Shown here: piece after piece, positions 51,387-64,000 of the stretch
Layout: each line of letters begins with the position of its first letter
Position numbering within the stretch: the first letter of the stretch is position 1
NCBI GenBank assembly: GCA_043228905.1
Contig: JBHGNT010000009.1
Span: forward strand, 19,344,001-19,408,000
Direction: 5' to 3'
Length of the DNA: 64,000 nt
From: Azolla caroliniana
Lineage: Eukaryota > Plantae > Polypodiophyta
Translations under genes and position numbers: made by a program
Notes under the pieces: generated by a model
Told to the model about the DNA's origin: nothing
The model's database searches: none
What the model saw: only the letters and a program-made list of their open reading frames with translations

Positions 51387-52565
51387 TCACGATCCTTCTC
51401 CTTCTCCTTCTCCATCTCCATCTCCATCTCCATCTCCATCTCCTTCTCCATCTCCTTCTTCTTTCTTCTTCTTCCTTTTCTTCTTCTTCTTCTTCTTCGT
51501 CATCTGATGCTTGATACCCTTGAGATGTTGCTTCATCTGATCTTTGATATGTTTCTGCAGCTTCATTATGATGCTTCCATGGTGACCTTCTTCTTGAGGT
51601 GTCCTCTTCATCCTTTCCCGTGGAACAGACCTCAGAGACTGACCAAAAACATGAGAAGGAGAAACCTTGACTTTATGGCTATGGTGATTCTCATATTTCA
51701 TACTTCGATATGCAGAAGCAAAATTTGATGCATAAAACTGATTAGGAACAATACTACGTTCTTTAATCGTTTCTGCAGAAACGTCGACCTTCTGGCTATG
51801 GCGAAGCTCATATTTGATGCTTTTATATGCCGAATGAGCTTTTTGGACATTGAACTCATCAGACATATTATTACGATCTATAGTTTTCTCTGCAGAAAGT
51901 TTTACGTTTTGGCTTTGGTAAAGTTCAAATAAGTCAGTGCTTTCACCTGCAGAAACCTCGACCTTTTGGCTATGGTGAGACTCGCATTTGAAGCTTTGAT
52001 AAGTAGAAGGAACATCCGGCACGAATAATTCATCAGAGATACTGAATTTCATAGCTTCTGAAGAAAATTCACCATGTATTAGGGTATGGTGATCTTCCGC
52101 GAGTGCCTGTAAGTCAGCATCGAGGAAAACAATATTATGATCGAGATTTTGGTCATCAAAATGTTCATTACTAGACTTCAACTCTTCTGCAGAGGGCTCA
52201 GGTTTTAACCTGTCTGCAGAAAGCTCGACCAGGTAACCCTTGCCATGGTGGTCACTAAGTTTCAAAATCTCTTCTGCGTCTTCTCTTGCATGATAAACAG
52301 AGGTAATGAGTATATCCTCTTCTGTGGGATCGACAGAAATGGGGAGACAAGAAAATGAAGATACACCTTCCTTCATAGAATTAGTATTTTGTTCTTGGAA
52401 GGATTCCTTCAGGGAAATCGTAAGGGTTTTTTGATCATTTAAAGTTGTGTAATGTTGTGATTTCTGAGGAAGACGAGGACTTGGAAGAAGAGGGGGATGG
52501 TGGGAAGATGAATCAGGTTGAAGAAATGGGAGGCAAGGAAGGCAGAATTTGCAAAGAAAATCCAT
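51387..52565 (-). CDS. Uncharacterised 392-aa ORF with internal repeats and low-complexity C-terminus
   Basis: Long ORF starting MDFLCKFCLPCLPF, three copies of a (Y/C)ExxHSxKVxVS motif, Lys/Glu/Gly microsatellite tail. No family recognised. Confidence 0.4.
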   Translation of the reverse strand: MDFLCKFCLPCLPFLQPDSSSHHPPLLPSPRLPQKSQHYTTLNDQKTLTISLKESFQEQNTNSMKEGVSSFSCLPISVDPTEEDILITSVYHAREDAEEILKLSDHHGKGYLVELSADRLKPEPSAEELKSSNEHFDDQNLDHNIVFLDADLQALAEDHHTLIHGEFSSEAMKFSISDELFVPDVPSTYQSFKCESHHSQKVEVSAGESTDLFELYQSQNVKLSAEKTIDRNNMSDEFNVQKAHSAYKSIKYELRHSQKVDVSAETIKERSIVPNQFYASNFASAYRSMKYENHHSHKVKVSPSHVFGQSLRSVPRERMKRTPQEEGHHGSIIMKLQKHIKDQMKQHLKGIKHQMTKKKKKKKRKKKKEEGDGEGDGDGDGDGDGEGEGEGS

Positions 52566-52584
52566 GGCTAGTGAAATTTATACA

Positions 52585-52621
<37 letters not shown>

Positions 52622-55600
52622 AGGTTTCTTGAAAACACAAGTAATTCAATGATGATGGTGGCGATGGCAATGGAATGCGGAAAATGGTGATGGTACAATC
52701 AGGTTTCTTGAAAACACAAGTATTTCAATGATGATGGTGGCGATGGCAATGGAATGCAGAAAATGGTGATTGTGATGGCAATGGAAAGCTGAGATTGGTG
52801 ATGTTGATGGCGATGAGAATGGAAATGGTGATGCTGCAGATAGTAATATCGATGGAAGAGGTGATGCGAATAGATATGGCAATGCTGAAGATGGTGATGG
52901 CAATGGCTATGGCTATGGCTATGGCTATGGCTATGGTAGTGGTAGTGGTAGAAGGAGCTTAATTTGACAAATCCATTGCTGTTTGAAATGCAGAGATTAG
53001 AGGTTACATGGTGATGTAATGGCAAGATGAAATTTAGTTCGAGAAAACACTCACCGGATAAAGACGGAGATGATGGCGAGAATTAAATTCCCGAAGAAAC
53101 TTAATTCGGAAAAGCACTCACTGATATTCCAACACTCAATGCATCCCTCCCAAAGCTGGATTGCTATGGAAATGTGGAGACAGAGAGTTTTGCATACATT
53201 TGCCAGAGAGACTCAACTTTCTTGACTAAATTGGCCCACAAAAGGATTTCCTTTGTAAATTTAACAGAAAAAAGGAAAGAGACTAACCATCTTTTGGAGG
53301 ACTTTAGAATGCAGACTTACTTTGTAGCCAAAGAAAGTTGAGTGTCAAAAGTCAAGAATTGACACCTTGTCTCAATGGATGGAGCTTTGATGATCTTCAT
53401 TCTTCAAGTAAATTCGAGACATGAGGCATGGTTCCCAATGTGAAGAATTGTAGATATTTCCACCATGTGAGAGCATGGACAAGACACCGATTGGATTAGA
53501 GAGACATATGTAGACATTGACAATTTTGAGCTTAAACCGCGTTTATTCACATTGCATTCTCCTTCTCCATGAATGCTGGTAGCGGATGTCCAAGAAAGCC
53601 CTAATTGTGAAGGTTCTCATTGGGTTTGATAAACACATATAGTGATGAACAAAAATAAATAAAAATGTGCCCACATCTAAAATAGATCGTGCAAAAGCTT
53701 AGCTATAAACGTGATGTCTTTCACAATGGATTTGATGAAGTTCACGGAAAATTATTGTGAGATATAGTCTTTTGTATTAGAGTTTTGCATGAGTGCCCCA
53801 AGTATGGGTGCGCACAATTTTTCATGCATTATTCACTATCAATCGGTCATGCATTTTCCTCTTCTTTGTTTGTGTGTATGAACATTTCCCATATATAATA
53901 TATTCTATCGTGGTTTTCTGTCGATTATAAGTGGCTAAAATTTGTTAAAGAAATCTACGTGGTTACTAAGTTGCTTTGTGGCATTCAAAGACATCTAAGT
54001 TCGAGAACTATTTCATTTTGCTTTTTCCTTTTGACTAAGTCCTTTTGTGACTTCATGCAAAGCATATTACCAATTACTTAGTTGTTACTTATGTGATATT
54101 TGTTATTGAAATACCCAATATTTTTCTCCAATGTAGTTGGGACATTAAAGATTGTATAAGCATTAATTATGGTTGCATTGTACTTAGCATATTTGGTATC
54201 ATTTATGCTTGCTTCTAACGAGGAAGTAATAGCAATTGCATATGCTTCATTTGAAGTTAAGTAACTTGGTTATTAATTATGTTGTACAAGAACCAATGTT
54301 GCATTAGGTCCGGACATCACACTATTTGAGCTATTCATTAGCCTTCATAGAAAAGTACACAACTCACTTATTGGTAATAAGTTGTGCTTTTCTTGACCAG
54401 TGATTAACTTTGTGAATTTGGTAATATAACTGATTGAGTACACTACTTATAGAACTAATTAAGCCTTGTTTTGCTAGCATTGACTTTCAAAAGGTTGGCC
54501 TTAACAGTTTTTATCTTGTGTTCTGGAAAAAATAGTAATGTCAAAGAGTTGTCAAGCCATTTTATCTACGAGCAAACTATAATTGTGCATGATCTCAAAT
54601 TAGAAAAATATGAAGAGTTTTTATAATAGTGTTAACAATAAACCCATTGTTCAATCAAATATGAACCAACCATCTGAATCTTGCAGCATTACCATTGTTA
54701 GTTTGATCCAACAAAATAGTTTTTAGTTTATCTAAGGAAGTGGGGTTTGAAGAAAAACATCATATTTATGCGTGCCAATTATTTGTTGGATATCTAAAGT
54801 CTTTTCTATGAGTAACGTAAATGTCATCATGTTGTGCTTTATCATCAAATGTTTTGTTAAACAGCTTTACCCGAGAAGTGATGTTGTCGAGTTTAACTCC
54901 ATTTCTCCACTTTGTTCACCTTGCTCAATTATTCAACGTCATCTAAAACTGGTTTCATATATTAAATTCATTATAGAGTTGCTTAAAAACTAACTTATTA
55001 TAGAAATGTTCATTAAATGTTATGCCCTTGGTAGGGGACACCTTTTATTTATATTGATAACCCGTGACCTATTATAGAATTGATTGTTACAGCCCATGTC
55101 ACATTGATAACCAATCCCACTCTATCACATGTAGAATTTCCTTCCAATCAGGTTTGAATAGATTGCAATTTTTGTCATATATTCAGAATTAAATAAAATA
55201 GGTTTTCCACATTAACTTCTTTCTTATGGAAGCCTATAATAGAAAACCCATGTCACATGGATGCTTTCTGTCTAAAACCCACTATTTCTCATGTCACATG
55301 GAGACAAATTATCTAAACCTGTCCATCCCAATCACATATAGAATTTTCTTCCAATAGAGAAGAGAACCTAAAGATTTTGGCACTTATCCAATGTTATTAT
55401 ATGGAATTGGGTTCACACATTAAACTTCCACCTTAAAACCAATTTTCAGATGGCCATGAGATGTTACTATATCGAGTAAATTTCATAATGGAGAATTGCA
55501 CATTACATCTCAGGTCACATAGATGGTAATGCTTGAAGAATGCAAATCAACCACTATAGGAGTATGTATTTCAACCACCTCATTACCTTTTATTTTATTT

Positions 55601-56879
55601 TATTGTCTTATATTCGAGGTCATAAGATCATAAAAGTGGAGATTGAAAAATGCAAGAGATGTACTTATATATAGAGCTGCATTTTGTTTATTTGAAGCAC
55701 TCAAACAATCATGCATGTTCGTTTGTCCTGGGCAAGCAAAAATAAAGACATGTCTCTTAATAGGTAAGGTTGTTGGTCAGAGAGCTAGAACTCGTTCATT
55801 CAACCTATAAGTCTCATCGTAGCATCCAGTAAATTCAGGGTTCATGAAATTTAAACCCATGTTATAGTTTACTACAAATATGAACACTTATTCAAGGCAA
55901 AAATGGTTTGAACCTGAAAGTCAACAGAATCTATATGCAGCCTATGATAACCAAGGCTACAACTAAACCAGCACCTTCAAATCTCAATTGAACTCTAGCC
56001 CCTTCTGGTTCAATTAATCAAATCTGTTTCTGAATTTCCCTTTTCTAATGCAAATCCGAAACTTTCAGTGCTTTATACTCTTTCATTTGATCAATTGACC
56101 TTATCCTAAGTTGAGGATAGCCTTTTCACTTACCAATGCACATCCACATACCATTGTCAAGTCCACTTCTCCTTCGGAAGAGTGTTGTTCTGCAAAACCT
56201 TCACACAAAAAATTCGACCTCTTGAATATGTTAATTAAGTTCTATTTCACTTGACTCACATCTAATTGATTGCCTTTGTTATAGCGTGCTCTCCCTCCAG
56301 AGAACTATGCACACCCTTCACATAGAGTTAAATCGAGAATGGGTAAGGAAGTTTTAGAAACTTACTGGGAAAGTGCACATAGTATCAGGCCCAAGAAAGA
56401 AATCAAACAATTTCAAAAAAATTCAAGAGATGAAAAGTACTCCTGTATATGCTATCAATAAATGATCAGTTCAACTCAAACTGATAGATTCACATGATTT
56501 TGATCAAGACTGTTGATTTTACATCTATTTACAAAGTGAAAATAGCTCAAAAAAGAGATATACTTGAAAATGATCCTCACCAAACAAAATCTCCTAGTAA
56601 GCTAAAAGTAATGATCCATGTCAAAAAAGAGTTTTAGCTGGAGTCAAAAAACATCGCACAAGCTTATTTCAAAGGAACATAATGAAACAAAATTAGATGC
56701 TTGTAAAAACAACTCCATAGAGTGAATTAGTCAGATGACTATTTTGAATGTGAATCCGAGTTCCTGAAGGGAAAGACTGGCACCATATTCAATGCTCCAT
56801 ATTCAAATTTGCAACAAATGCTATGATATAAAACTATAGCTTCTGTAATTGGTTGTCTTCATCATGCCAGATGAAAAAC

Positions 56880-58164
56880 TCATTTCTTTGACCTCTTGCA
56901 AAGCAAAGAAAGGTGGAAGTTGATAGGGTTCTTTTCCTTTGTTTTATTTGCCTGGCATTTCAACAAAACCAATATTAACTTTAGGGAACAAAGGCATGTA
57001 ATCAAACTAATCTTATTCACATACAATCATGAATGACGGACATAAGTTTATACTAGGGCAAAAATCCAAATGCTTCATGTACAAAGCTTTGAACCACCAG
57101 ATCAGACAAGTGAGACTAAAATTCTGGGAACAAAACCCAAATTACTGAATCAACATTATAGTTATGAACCTGAAACTAATCAAATATTAGGTTCCTTATT
57201 AATTAGGCAAAAACTCTGGTATTTTGGATTATTACCCCATTAATTGTTTGGTTAATTGGTTAACGATGATTGTGCTAAACCCAACAGATACAAAGCTAAA
57301 CCATGCTTGCTTTTATTACTTACTCAACCTTCTGATTCCACAAACTTTAAATTTTATGAAGAATTCAGGGTCACACAATTGATCATAGAAGGATTATTTC
57401 CGTTCATGATGCCACGCAAGACAATACTCATGTAAACATTAGGGAATGTAAAGTAAAGCCACAAGAATTAGCATACAAATGGCATTTCCTTTCATGATAT
57501 TATGATAAATACATAAAACTATTCATATATAAGATTCTGAATTAATTTTAGAGACTATAACTCCTGCCAATATGTAACAAAAACAAGAAGCTCTAATCGA
57601 TTATGATGAAAAATCATGATCACAAGATTCAATATACAAGCACTGGATTTCCTTCAATGATGCTACACTAGACTAGATGAGATGAGAGATGCACCTTTAT
57701 AAAAATCTCATTGTTGAAGATTCAGTAATTATATGTAGAAATTCAGACAGTGAGTTTTAACATAGAAGCACATCAGTTCCTTTACAAAAAAAAACACACG
57801 AAAATAGCACCTATTGATCAAATCATGAAGAAAAAGAATTTTGCACTTACACAGAAACCTCTAAGGCAAAAAGCTTCAGAGGCTATAAAGAAAATCAGGT
57901 CAACAGAATATATACACCTCGAAGCACATCACTTCACTCTACAAATATCAGAAGCTGTAGGTTTGCATCAAATGCAGGAGGAAGCAGGCGCACCTCATTC
58001 TCCATACAAGCATTGAGGGCATCGCGCTGTTTGGCACAGAGGTCGGCGTCGTGGTTATTGCGAGGGAGGCAGCCTAGGAAGCTCATCATCTCCTGCATAC
58101 AGGTGGTTGTCTTCCCCCACTTTTTAGGGTTAACGCGAGTAAAGTTGTAAGTCCTCTTCCCCAT
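56880..58164 (-). CDS. CHCH (twin CX9C-type) protein, mitochondrial ribosomal mS37-like, 80 aa
   Basis: Exons 58164-57994 and 56951-56880 give MGKRTYNFTRVNPKKWG...CMQEMMSFLGC...CAKQRDALNACMENE|ANKTKEKNPINFHLSLLCKRSKK*. NPKK, twin CX9C and INFHL match the plant family as I recall it. Confidence 0.75.
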
Positions 58165-58969
58165 GGAATGGGCTACTTCTCGCAAACAGGCGATGTCTGG
58201 GCTCTGCAGAATCAGCGAGAACGCATGCGAAGGCTCTGTGTCTTCTCTGTGGCGAGACCCCTCTGTCTCTGTTTCTCTGTCTCTCTGTTTCTCTGTCTCT
58301 GTCTCTGTCTTCCTCGCGCTGTGCGAGAGAGAGAGAGAGAGACTCTGTTTCTGAAGAGCGTTTCGGAAACAGAGCAAAAACCTTGGGAAGGCCTTTTCAC
58401 ACTGTGTCCGGACAAAGACGCTTCTCTCACATGCCTCTCTTGTTTTCCTTCCATACTATATACATAATATGTATAGACTCTAGAGATAGATCCTCGCATC
58501 AAAACTTCAAAAGAAGGTTCTGTTTCTTCTCCATGTCTTTGTTCGATTGGTTCGTGTTTCTGGAGCGGTGAGATCATGTCGAGTACATATGTTTCGTACA
58601 TTTCACGTGGGTGCCCTACCACTAAAACCCGTTCTTGTTGGGACTTCGAGGGTTTACAAAGCTTGGGTCACATCAGGAACGGAACGGACCCCCTCCCCCC
58701 CCCCCCCCCCCTCCCACGTCCTGTCTCCTGTAAGACACCCACCATTGAATCATATCATACTGTAGTAGCAACTCATGAGGCAGTTGGCCCGACTGAGTTG
58801 ACATCCGATAACACGAGTGGGTTCTTAGGCCAAAAAAGTTAATACTGTAAAAGTATACACACACAAGAAGCCTAGAAAACTCGAGACTATCATGTTATCA
58901 ATGGTGAACATGTGATACAATTGTACAATTGGACGGAGCGTTCGATCAATCTTTTGGTAATCTTACGAA

Positions 58970-59241
58970 AGAGAGAGAGAGAGAGTTTCAACATGTTCCA
59001 CTGCCCATGTATTGTAGTGTAGTTAGTGGGTGACCATACTCCATTGTGGCACCCATTGTAAGTTGTATTTTTCAAACACAATTATATTAATAAATGTGTG
59101 TTTTCACTAGAGAGAGAGAGAGAATTTCAACATGTTTTGCTACCCATGTAGTGTAGTTAGTGGGTGACCATACTCCATTGTGATACCCATTGTAAGTTGT
59201 ATTTTTCAGACACAATTATATTAATAAATGTGTGTTTTCAC

Positions 59242-59280
<39 letters not shown>
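58970..59280. repeat. Tandem duplication, 2 x ~137 bp, bounded by (AG)n
   Basis: TTTCAACATGTT...GTGGGTGACCATACTCCATTGTG...AAATGTGTGTTTTCAC occurs twice. Confidence 0.8.
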
Positions 59281-59283
<3 letters not shown>

Positions 59284-59542
59284 TATATAAACGTCTTCTA
59301 AGGCCAAAATTGGCCCATGAGACAATTGGTTTATAACAAAAATGGGGTATTTACCCATTCATCGAAAGAAAAAGAAAAAAAAAAAAAGAGCTTAAGCTAA
59401 ATGGTTCTAGTAAAAAAAAAACATGTTCTATAAGGAAACGACTTTATACTAGGCCTAGTTTTATTTCCATCCAAGTCTCTCGAAAAGAAGCGAGAGGTCA
59501 AAGGGTTTCAATGTGGATATGGCATGTGGTCCCAATGTAAGA

Positions 59543-59950
59543 GATAGATAGATAGATTATATTATCGTCTTCGGAGGTCAAATATAACCTATGAGACCAA
59601 AAATATTACATTTCACGTGATACGTGTGAAAGTGAGCAGTGACTCTCGATGTTCAAGAACATTACCAATGAATGTTGCAATTGAGAGTTCACATTGTGGT
59701 TGTGAGAGGAATTCATGCAAGGATTGGGCTCAGTCGAAGAGATGTGGAAAGCATGGTCGAATATGATCAATGGCAGAGCATTGTATCAAAGTGTGATACT
59801 CAAACTCGTGAACTTGTTTAGAGCTAAGTGTGCATAACCGACCACTCTCATCACTCGTGCCCCAACACCCTGTCTCACATCGCAATGCATGTGAGCTAAG
59901 TCGCATGGAAGCAATGGTTCGAATGACAAACAACGGTGTGGGCTCTAACA
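59543..59950 (-). mobile_element. 3' fragment of a non-LTR retroelement, same family as 48119-48420
   Basis: IASMRLSSHALRCETG...RLC...EYHTLIQC C-terminal zinc-finger-like peptide and (ATCT)n tail. Confidence 0.7.
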
Positions 59951-60180
59951 TGTATCGATGTGTACGATTTCCCCGTTCCGCAAAGAATATGGTTTTGTAG
60001 TTAGGTGCAACATGTGTAGTATAATGTGTGAAGCGTGAGCCTCCATATTTGTCCCATGTCATGATACATTGGCATTGCAAAAAGGCCACATTTACATTTA
60101 TAGAGGCCACATTTCATGAAGCAAGTGTCTCGCATCCCATCTACCAAACCATTAATCTATATCTTGCATCCAACCGGAAC

Positions 60181-60222
<42 letters not shown>

Positions 60223-60887
60223 GAACATCCACGTGAGACTTATTGCGATTGATGAAACGGGCCTAGCCCATGCCGAGGATCAAACTTGGGTTTTAAGTGC
60301 TAGAAGAAACATCAGTTTTGGAGGAAGCCCCATGCTCTTGGGCGACAAGTAATCAAAAGTTTTCGATAAGAAGTTTCATTATATTGTACAAATCGAGTCA
60401 GCTCAGCTCAGCGGGTGCATAACTTTCAAATGCTCGAAACGCATGCTGGTACCGAAGGGTCTCAATGGCAACCCCGTGAAAATGAGAGTTACTGTTACTT
60501 ACAGCCGGTCCGGTGCAATCACGGGCTTTGCCAAATGAGAGTTCTTGTAGGTTCGATCTCACATGATGCTATGTAAGGAAATGGCCCTCTAGATGGACCA
60601 AGGGAATTTCACGTTCATAAGATGCTGTAACAGTTGCTGCTCTGTGCTTTTGTGCTGGTTTGAAAGCATCTCGATTTGTAAGGTGATGTAGAGAAGGAAA
60701 ACCTAAACAGGTTGCCTCTCTTCTATTCGAGGTGTTGGAAACAGGAAATCCCTATATCAACAGAGTTACTCCTCCTCTGTATTTGACGTATGGAATAAAG
60801 AATCTTAGGATTTCAAACAGCAAGGTTAAGGAAACAATGTTGAAGCTACATTCTTGCTGTTTTTTGAGATCTTGAAAGTCTAGGGAG

Positions 60888-63800
60888 ATGCAGCCTGCAT
60901 CATTCGCTTCTTTCAAAACAGGAAGCTTCCCACCTTCACTGGAGGCATTTTCACAATCCTTGTACAAGTGTAGAGAGGAGAAAATCCATGGTTATGCTTA
61001 TTACTTGCATGATTACATGTGTAGCTGGGGACTTGAAACCCACAGCTCACTTGGTAGTTACCTTGTGTATCTATTCGTCAAGATCAATTGCATGTCTTAC
61101 TCCCAACGTATTTTCAATCGGTTGATGTATCAGAAGGAATTTTCATGGAGCAGTCTCATCTCAGGCTATATAAAATGTGGGGAGCTACACCATGCTTTTA
61201 CATTATACTGCAGAATGCAGGAACATAGGATATGTCCCAGTGGATACACTTTTGTGGCTCTACTTAATGCCTGTACGCAGATGAAAAATCTTAAGAAGGC
61301 CATTGAAATACACATGGATATTGCTAGGACTGAGTTGATTGCAACAGATATATTTGTTGGGAGTAGTTTAATTGATATGTACGCTAAGTGTGGCTGCATT
61401 GCAAGAGCACGTGAAGTTTTTGAAAGTCTTTCAGTTCAAAGTGTTGCAACATGGTCAACACTGATCTCAGGATGTGCCAAAAATGGATGCAGTGAAGAAG
61501 CAGCTATACATTTTCAACAGATGCAACGAGAGGGTTTCTCTCCGGATGCTATCACATACATTTCTACTTTGAAGGCATACACCAACATAGGAGCTGTTGA
61601 AAAGGCAATTGAAATGCATAGTGACATAATTAAGAAGGGGTTTGAAATGCATGGCATAATTGGTAGTAGTTTAGTGGATATGTATGCAAACTGTGGGTTT
61701 CTTGTGAATGCACAAAACATGTTTGACCGACTTCCTGTACGTGATGTTGTCTCATGGACAACTCTAATTGCAGGATATGTCAAACATGAGCAGCTGCAAG
61801 AAGCACTCCATAGGTTTAGAAAGATGCAAGATGAAGGAATTTCTCCAAATGTTATCACATTTCATTGCTGTTTGAAAGCTTGTGGTGGTGTAGGAGCCTT
61901 TGAGGAAGGCCTTGAAATGCACGCAGACATTGATAGAAGAGGATTGCTTAAAGAAGATGTTGCTGTTGGAAATGCCTTGATAGACATGTATTGTAAATTT
62001 GGCTTGCTTGCAAATGCACAAAATGTATTTGACGAGCTTCCATTTCGAGACACAATCTCATGGAATACATTGATAGGAGGTTATACTTTTCATGGGCATG
62101 CAAATAAGTCACTTAATTGTTTTGAACAGATGAAAATGGAGGGATTGAGGCCAGATTCTGTTACATTTATCCACACCTTGAAGGCATGTGGATGTGTTAG
62201 TGCCGTGGAGAAGGGCCAAGAGATCTGTGTGGAGATTGCTGACATGAAATTGCTGGAAGGAGATCCTGTATTGGCCAGCACTGTGATTGATATGTATGCC
62301 AATTGTGGCTTGTTTGTAGAAGCTAAAGAATTACTTTGTACCATTCCTGCACAAGATGCAATTTCATGGACTGTATTAATTGCAGGGAACACAAAGCATG
62401 GGCAAGGAAATGAGGCATTGAACTGTTTTAAGCAGATGCATTGTGAAGGTGTCCTCCCAAATTTGGTGACACACGTTTGCACTTTAAAAGCTTGTGGTAG
62501 TGCCAGATCCTTGAAACAAGGTCAAGAAATACATGCGAAGATATGTATACAAGGATTTTTAATAAAAGATGTTATAGTTGGGAATGCATTGATTGATATG
62601 TATGGAAAATGTGGCTTGGTTACAGAAGCACAGGAAGTATTTGATATGCTACTTGAGCGAGACACAATCTCATGGAATGCTCTGATTATAGGTTATGCTG
62701 AGCAAAATCATATTACCAAAGTGTTGAAACTTTTCTCAAGGATGCCTTTAGAGGGCATCCTTCCTGATTCTGTCACATATATTACTATTCTCAGGGTTTT
62801 TGGGGATTTTGCTATGAATCGTGTCCAAGAACTGCATATGACAATTTCTGAAATGGGCTTCTTAGATAGAGATCCTTTCATTGGCATTACATTAATTGAT
62901 ACATATGCCAATTGTCGACTCCTCCTAGAAGCCCAAGAAGTATTTGATATGCTTCCAATTCAGGATACAATCTCCTGGAATGCATTAATTGGAGGATATG
63001 TAAAACATGAGTTTGCTGAAGACGCACTTGATTGTTTTAAAGAGATGCAGATAGAGGGAGTTTGTCAAGATGGGATCACATTTATTTATGCCTTGAAAGC
63101 TTGTGGCATAATTCAAGCCATGGATGAAGGTCAAGAAATACACAGACAGATTGCAAAATTTGGGTTGCTGAAAAGTGAGATTCTTGTCGGCAATGCGCTG
63201 GTGAACATGTATGCTAAATGTGGGATGTTCATGCAAGCAGAAGAAGTGTTCAATGATCTTCCAGTTCGAAATACTGTCTCATGGAATATCTTGATTTCAG
63301 GATATGCCAAACATGGCTTCAGTGAGAAAGCACTAAACTGTTTCGGGAAAATGGATGTAGAGGGCATTTCTTCAAGTGCTGTCACCTACGTTTGCATTTT
63401 GAGGGCCTGTGGCAACATCAGAGACATAAATAAGGGCCAAGAAATACATTCTGAGATTTCAACAAATGGAATGCTGGAAAGAGACCTTGATGTAGGTTCT
63501 GCTTTGGTGGGTATGTATGCTCAATTTGGTATGCTTGAGAAAGCACATGAAGTGTACAATGACCTCATTGATCAATTTGGAGTCCGAACTCCTGATATAT
63601 GCAACCTGCTACTATTTGGGTATGCTGAACATGGGTTTTGGGAAGAAGCACTCGATTATATTGAGCAGATGCAATTCCAGGGCATATCCCTGGATGGTAT
63701 GACGTTTGTTTGTGCCTTGAAAGCATGTGGCAATCTAGGAGCTGTAAACAAGGGTCTTGAATTACATGGTCATATTACCAAAAAAGGGTTGATTGAACTA

Positions 63801-64000
63801 GATCTTGTTCTTGGCAATGCATTAGCTGATATGTATGTGAAATGTGGTCTGATGAGAGAAGCACATGGAGTGTTTGACAAACTCACAGCTCGAGATGTGG
63901 TCGCATGGACCTCTCTGATTACAGGTTATGCACAGATTGGAGATGATGAAACTGTCTTTCATTTGTTTGAAAGAATGAGGAGAGAATGTGAACCACCAAA
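60888..64000 (+). CDS. PLS-class pentatricopeptide repeat protein, >1000 aa, runs off the window end
   Basis: Open frame from ATG 60888 (stop at 60873 upstream, so the true start is uncertain) with many motifs such as GNALIDMYCKFG, DTISWNTLIGGY, PDSVTFIHTLKACG. Absent from the ORF track, consistent with no stop inside the window. Confidence 0.88.
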   Translation, partial: MQPASFASFKTGSFPPSLEAFSQSLYKCREEKIHGYAYYLHDYMCSWGLETHSSLGSYLVYLFVKINCMSYSQRIFNRLMYQKEFSWSSLISGYIKCGELHHAFTLYCRMQEHRICPSGYTFVALLNACTQMKNLKKAIEIHMDIARTELIATDIFVGSSLIDMYAKCGCIARAREVFESLSVQSVATWSTLISGCAKNGCSEEAAIHFQQMQREGFSPDAITYISTLKAYTNIGAVEKAIEMHSDIIKKGFEMHGIIGSSLVDMYANCGFLVNAQNMFDRLPVRDVVSWTTLIAGYVKHEQLQEALHRFRKMQDEGISPNVITFHCCLKACGGVGAFEEGLEMHADIDRRGLLKEDVAVGNALIDMYCKFGLLANAQNVFDELPFRDTISWNTLIGGYTFHGHANKSLNCFEQMKMEGLRPDSVTFIHTLKACGCVSAVEKGQEICVEIADMKLLEGDPVLASTVIDMYANCGLFVEAKELLCTIPAQDAISWTVLIAGNTKHGQGNEALNCFKQMHCEGVLPNLVTHVCTLKACGSARSLKQGQEIHAKICIQGFLIKDVIVGNALIDMYGKCGLVTEAQEVFDMLLERDTISWNALIIGYAEQNHITKVLKLFSRMPLEGILPDSVTYITILRVFGDFAMNRVQELHMTISEMGFLDRDPFIGITLIDTYANCRLLLEAQEVFDMLPIQDTISWNALIGGYVKHEFAEDALDCFKEMQIEGVCQDGITFIYALKACGIIQAMDEGQEIHRQIAKFGLLKSEILVGNALVNMYAKCGMFMQAEEVFNDLPVRNTVSWNILISGYAKHGFSEKALNCFGKMDVEGISSSAVTYVCILRACGNIRDINKGQEIHSEISTNGMLERDLDVGSALVGMYAQFGMLEKAHEVYNDLIDQFGVRTPDICNLLLFGYAEHGFWEEALDYIEQMQFQGISLDGMTFVCALKACGNLGAVNKGLELHGHITKKGLIELDLVLGNALADMYVKCGLMREAHGVFDKLTARDVVAWTSLITGYAQIGDDETVFHLFERMRRECEPP

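Noticed and set aside
52615-53025. His-rich ORFs
   Set aside because: Derived from ATG/TGG-type microsatellites and a local ~80-bp duplication.
61166-63702. Many short minus-strand and off-frame ORFs
   Set aside because: Shadows of the long plus-strand PPR frame.

Overview
Eukaryotic plant genomic DNA. The intron style, microsatellites and long PLS-type PPR gene suggest a fern (Ceratopteris-like); this is an inference. Host genes: the 3' part of an ER protein disulfide isomerase ending in KDEL, two tandem intact NPF/PTR transporters that lack the ExxER/K motif, an orphan ORF, a CHCH-domain mS37-like gene and a long PPR gene running off the right end. The middle of the window is a stack of transposons: hAT elements and MITEs with 8-bp TSDs, a decayed Copia, and a LINE split by two solo LTRs and by a 9.2-kb TIR DNA transposon. 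That transposon (38189-47412) is the main finding. It encodes an intact 926-aa Sola1-like DDD transposase and, divergently, an intact 6-exon gene of about 974 aa that fuses a ParB/Srx-like domain to a bacterial-type beta-class N6-adenine/N4-cytosine DNA methyltransferase. Intron 1 of that gene carries ten 43-bp palindromes at a strict 51-bp period with variable 8-bp spacers. All coordinates were read by eye and no database searches were run.
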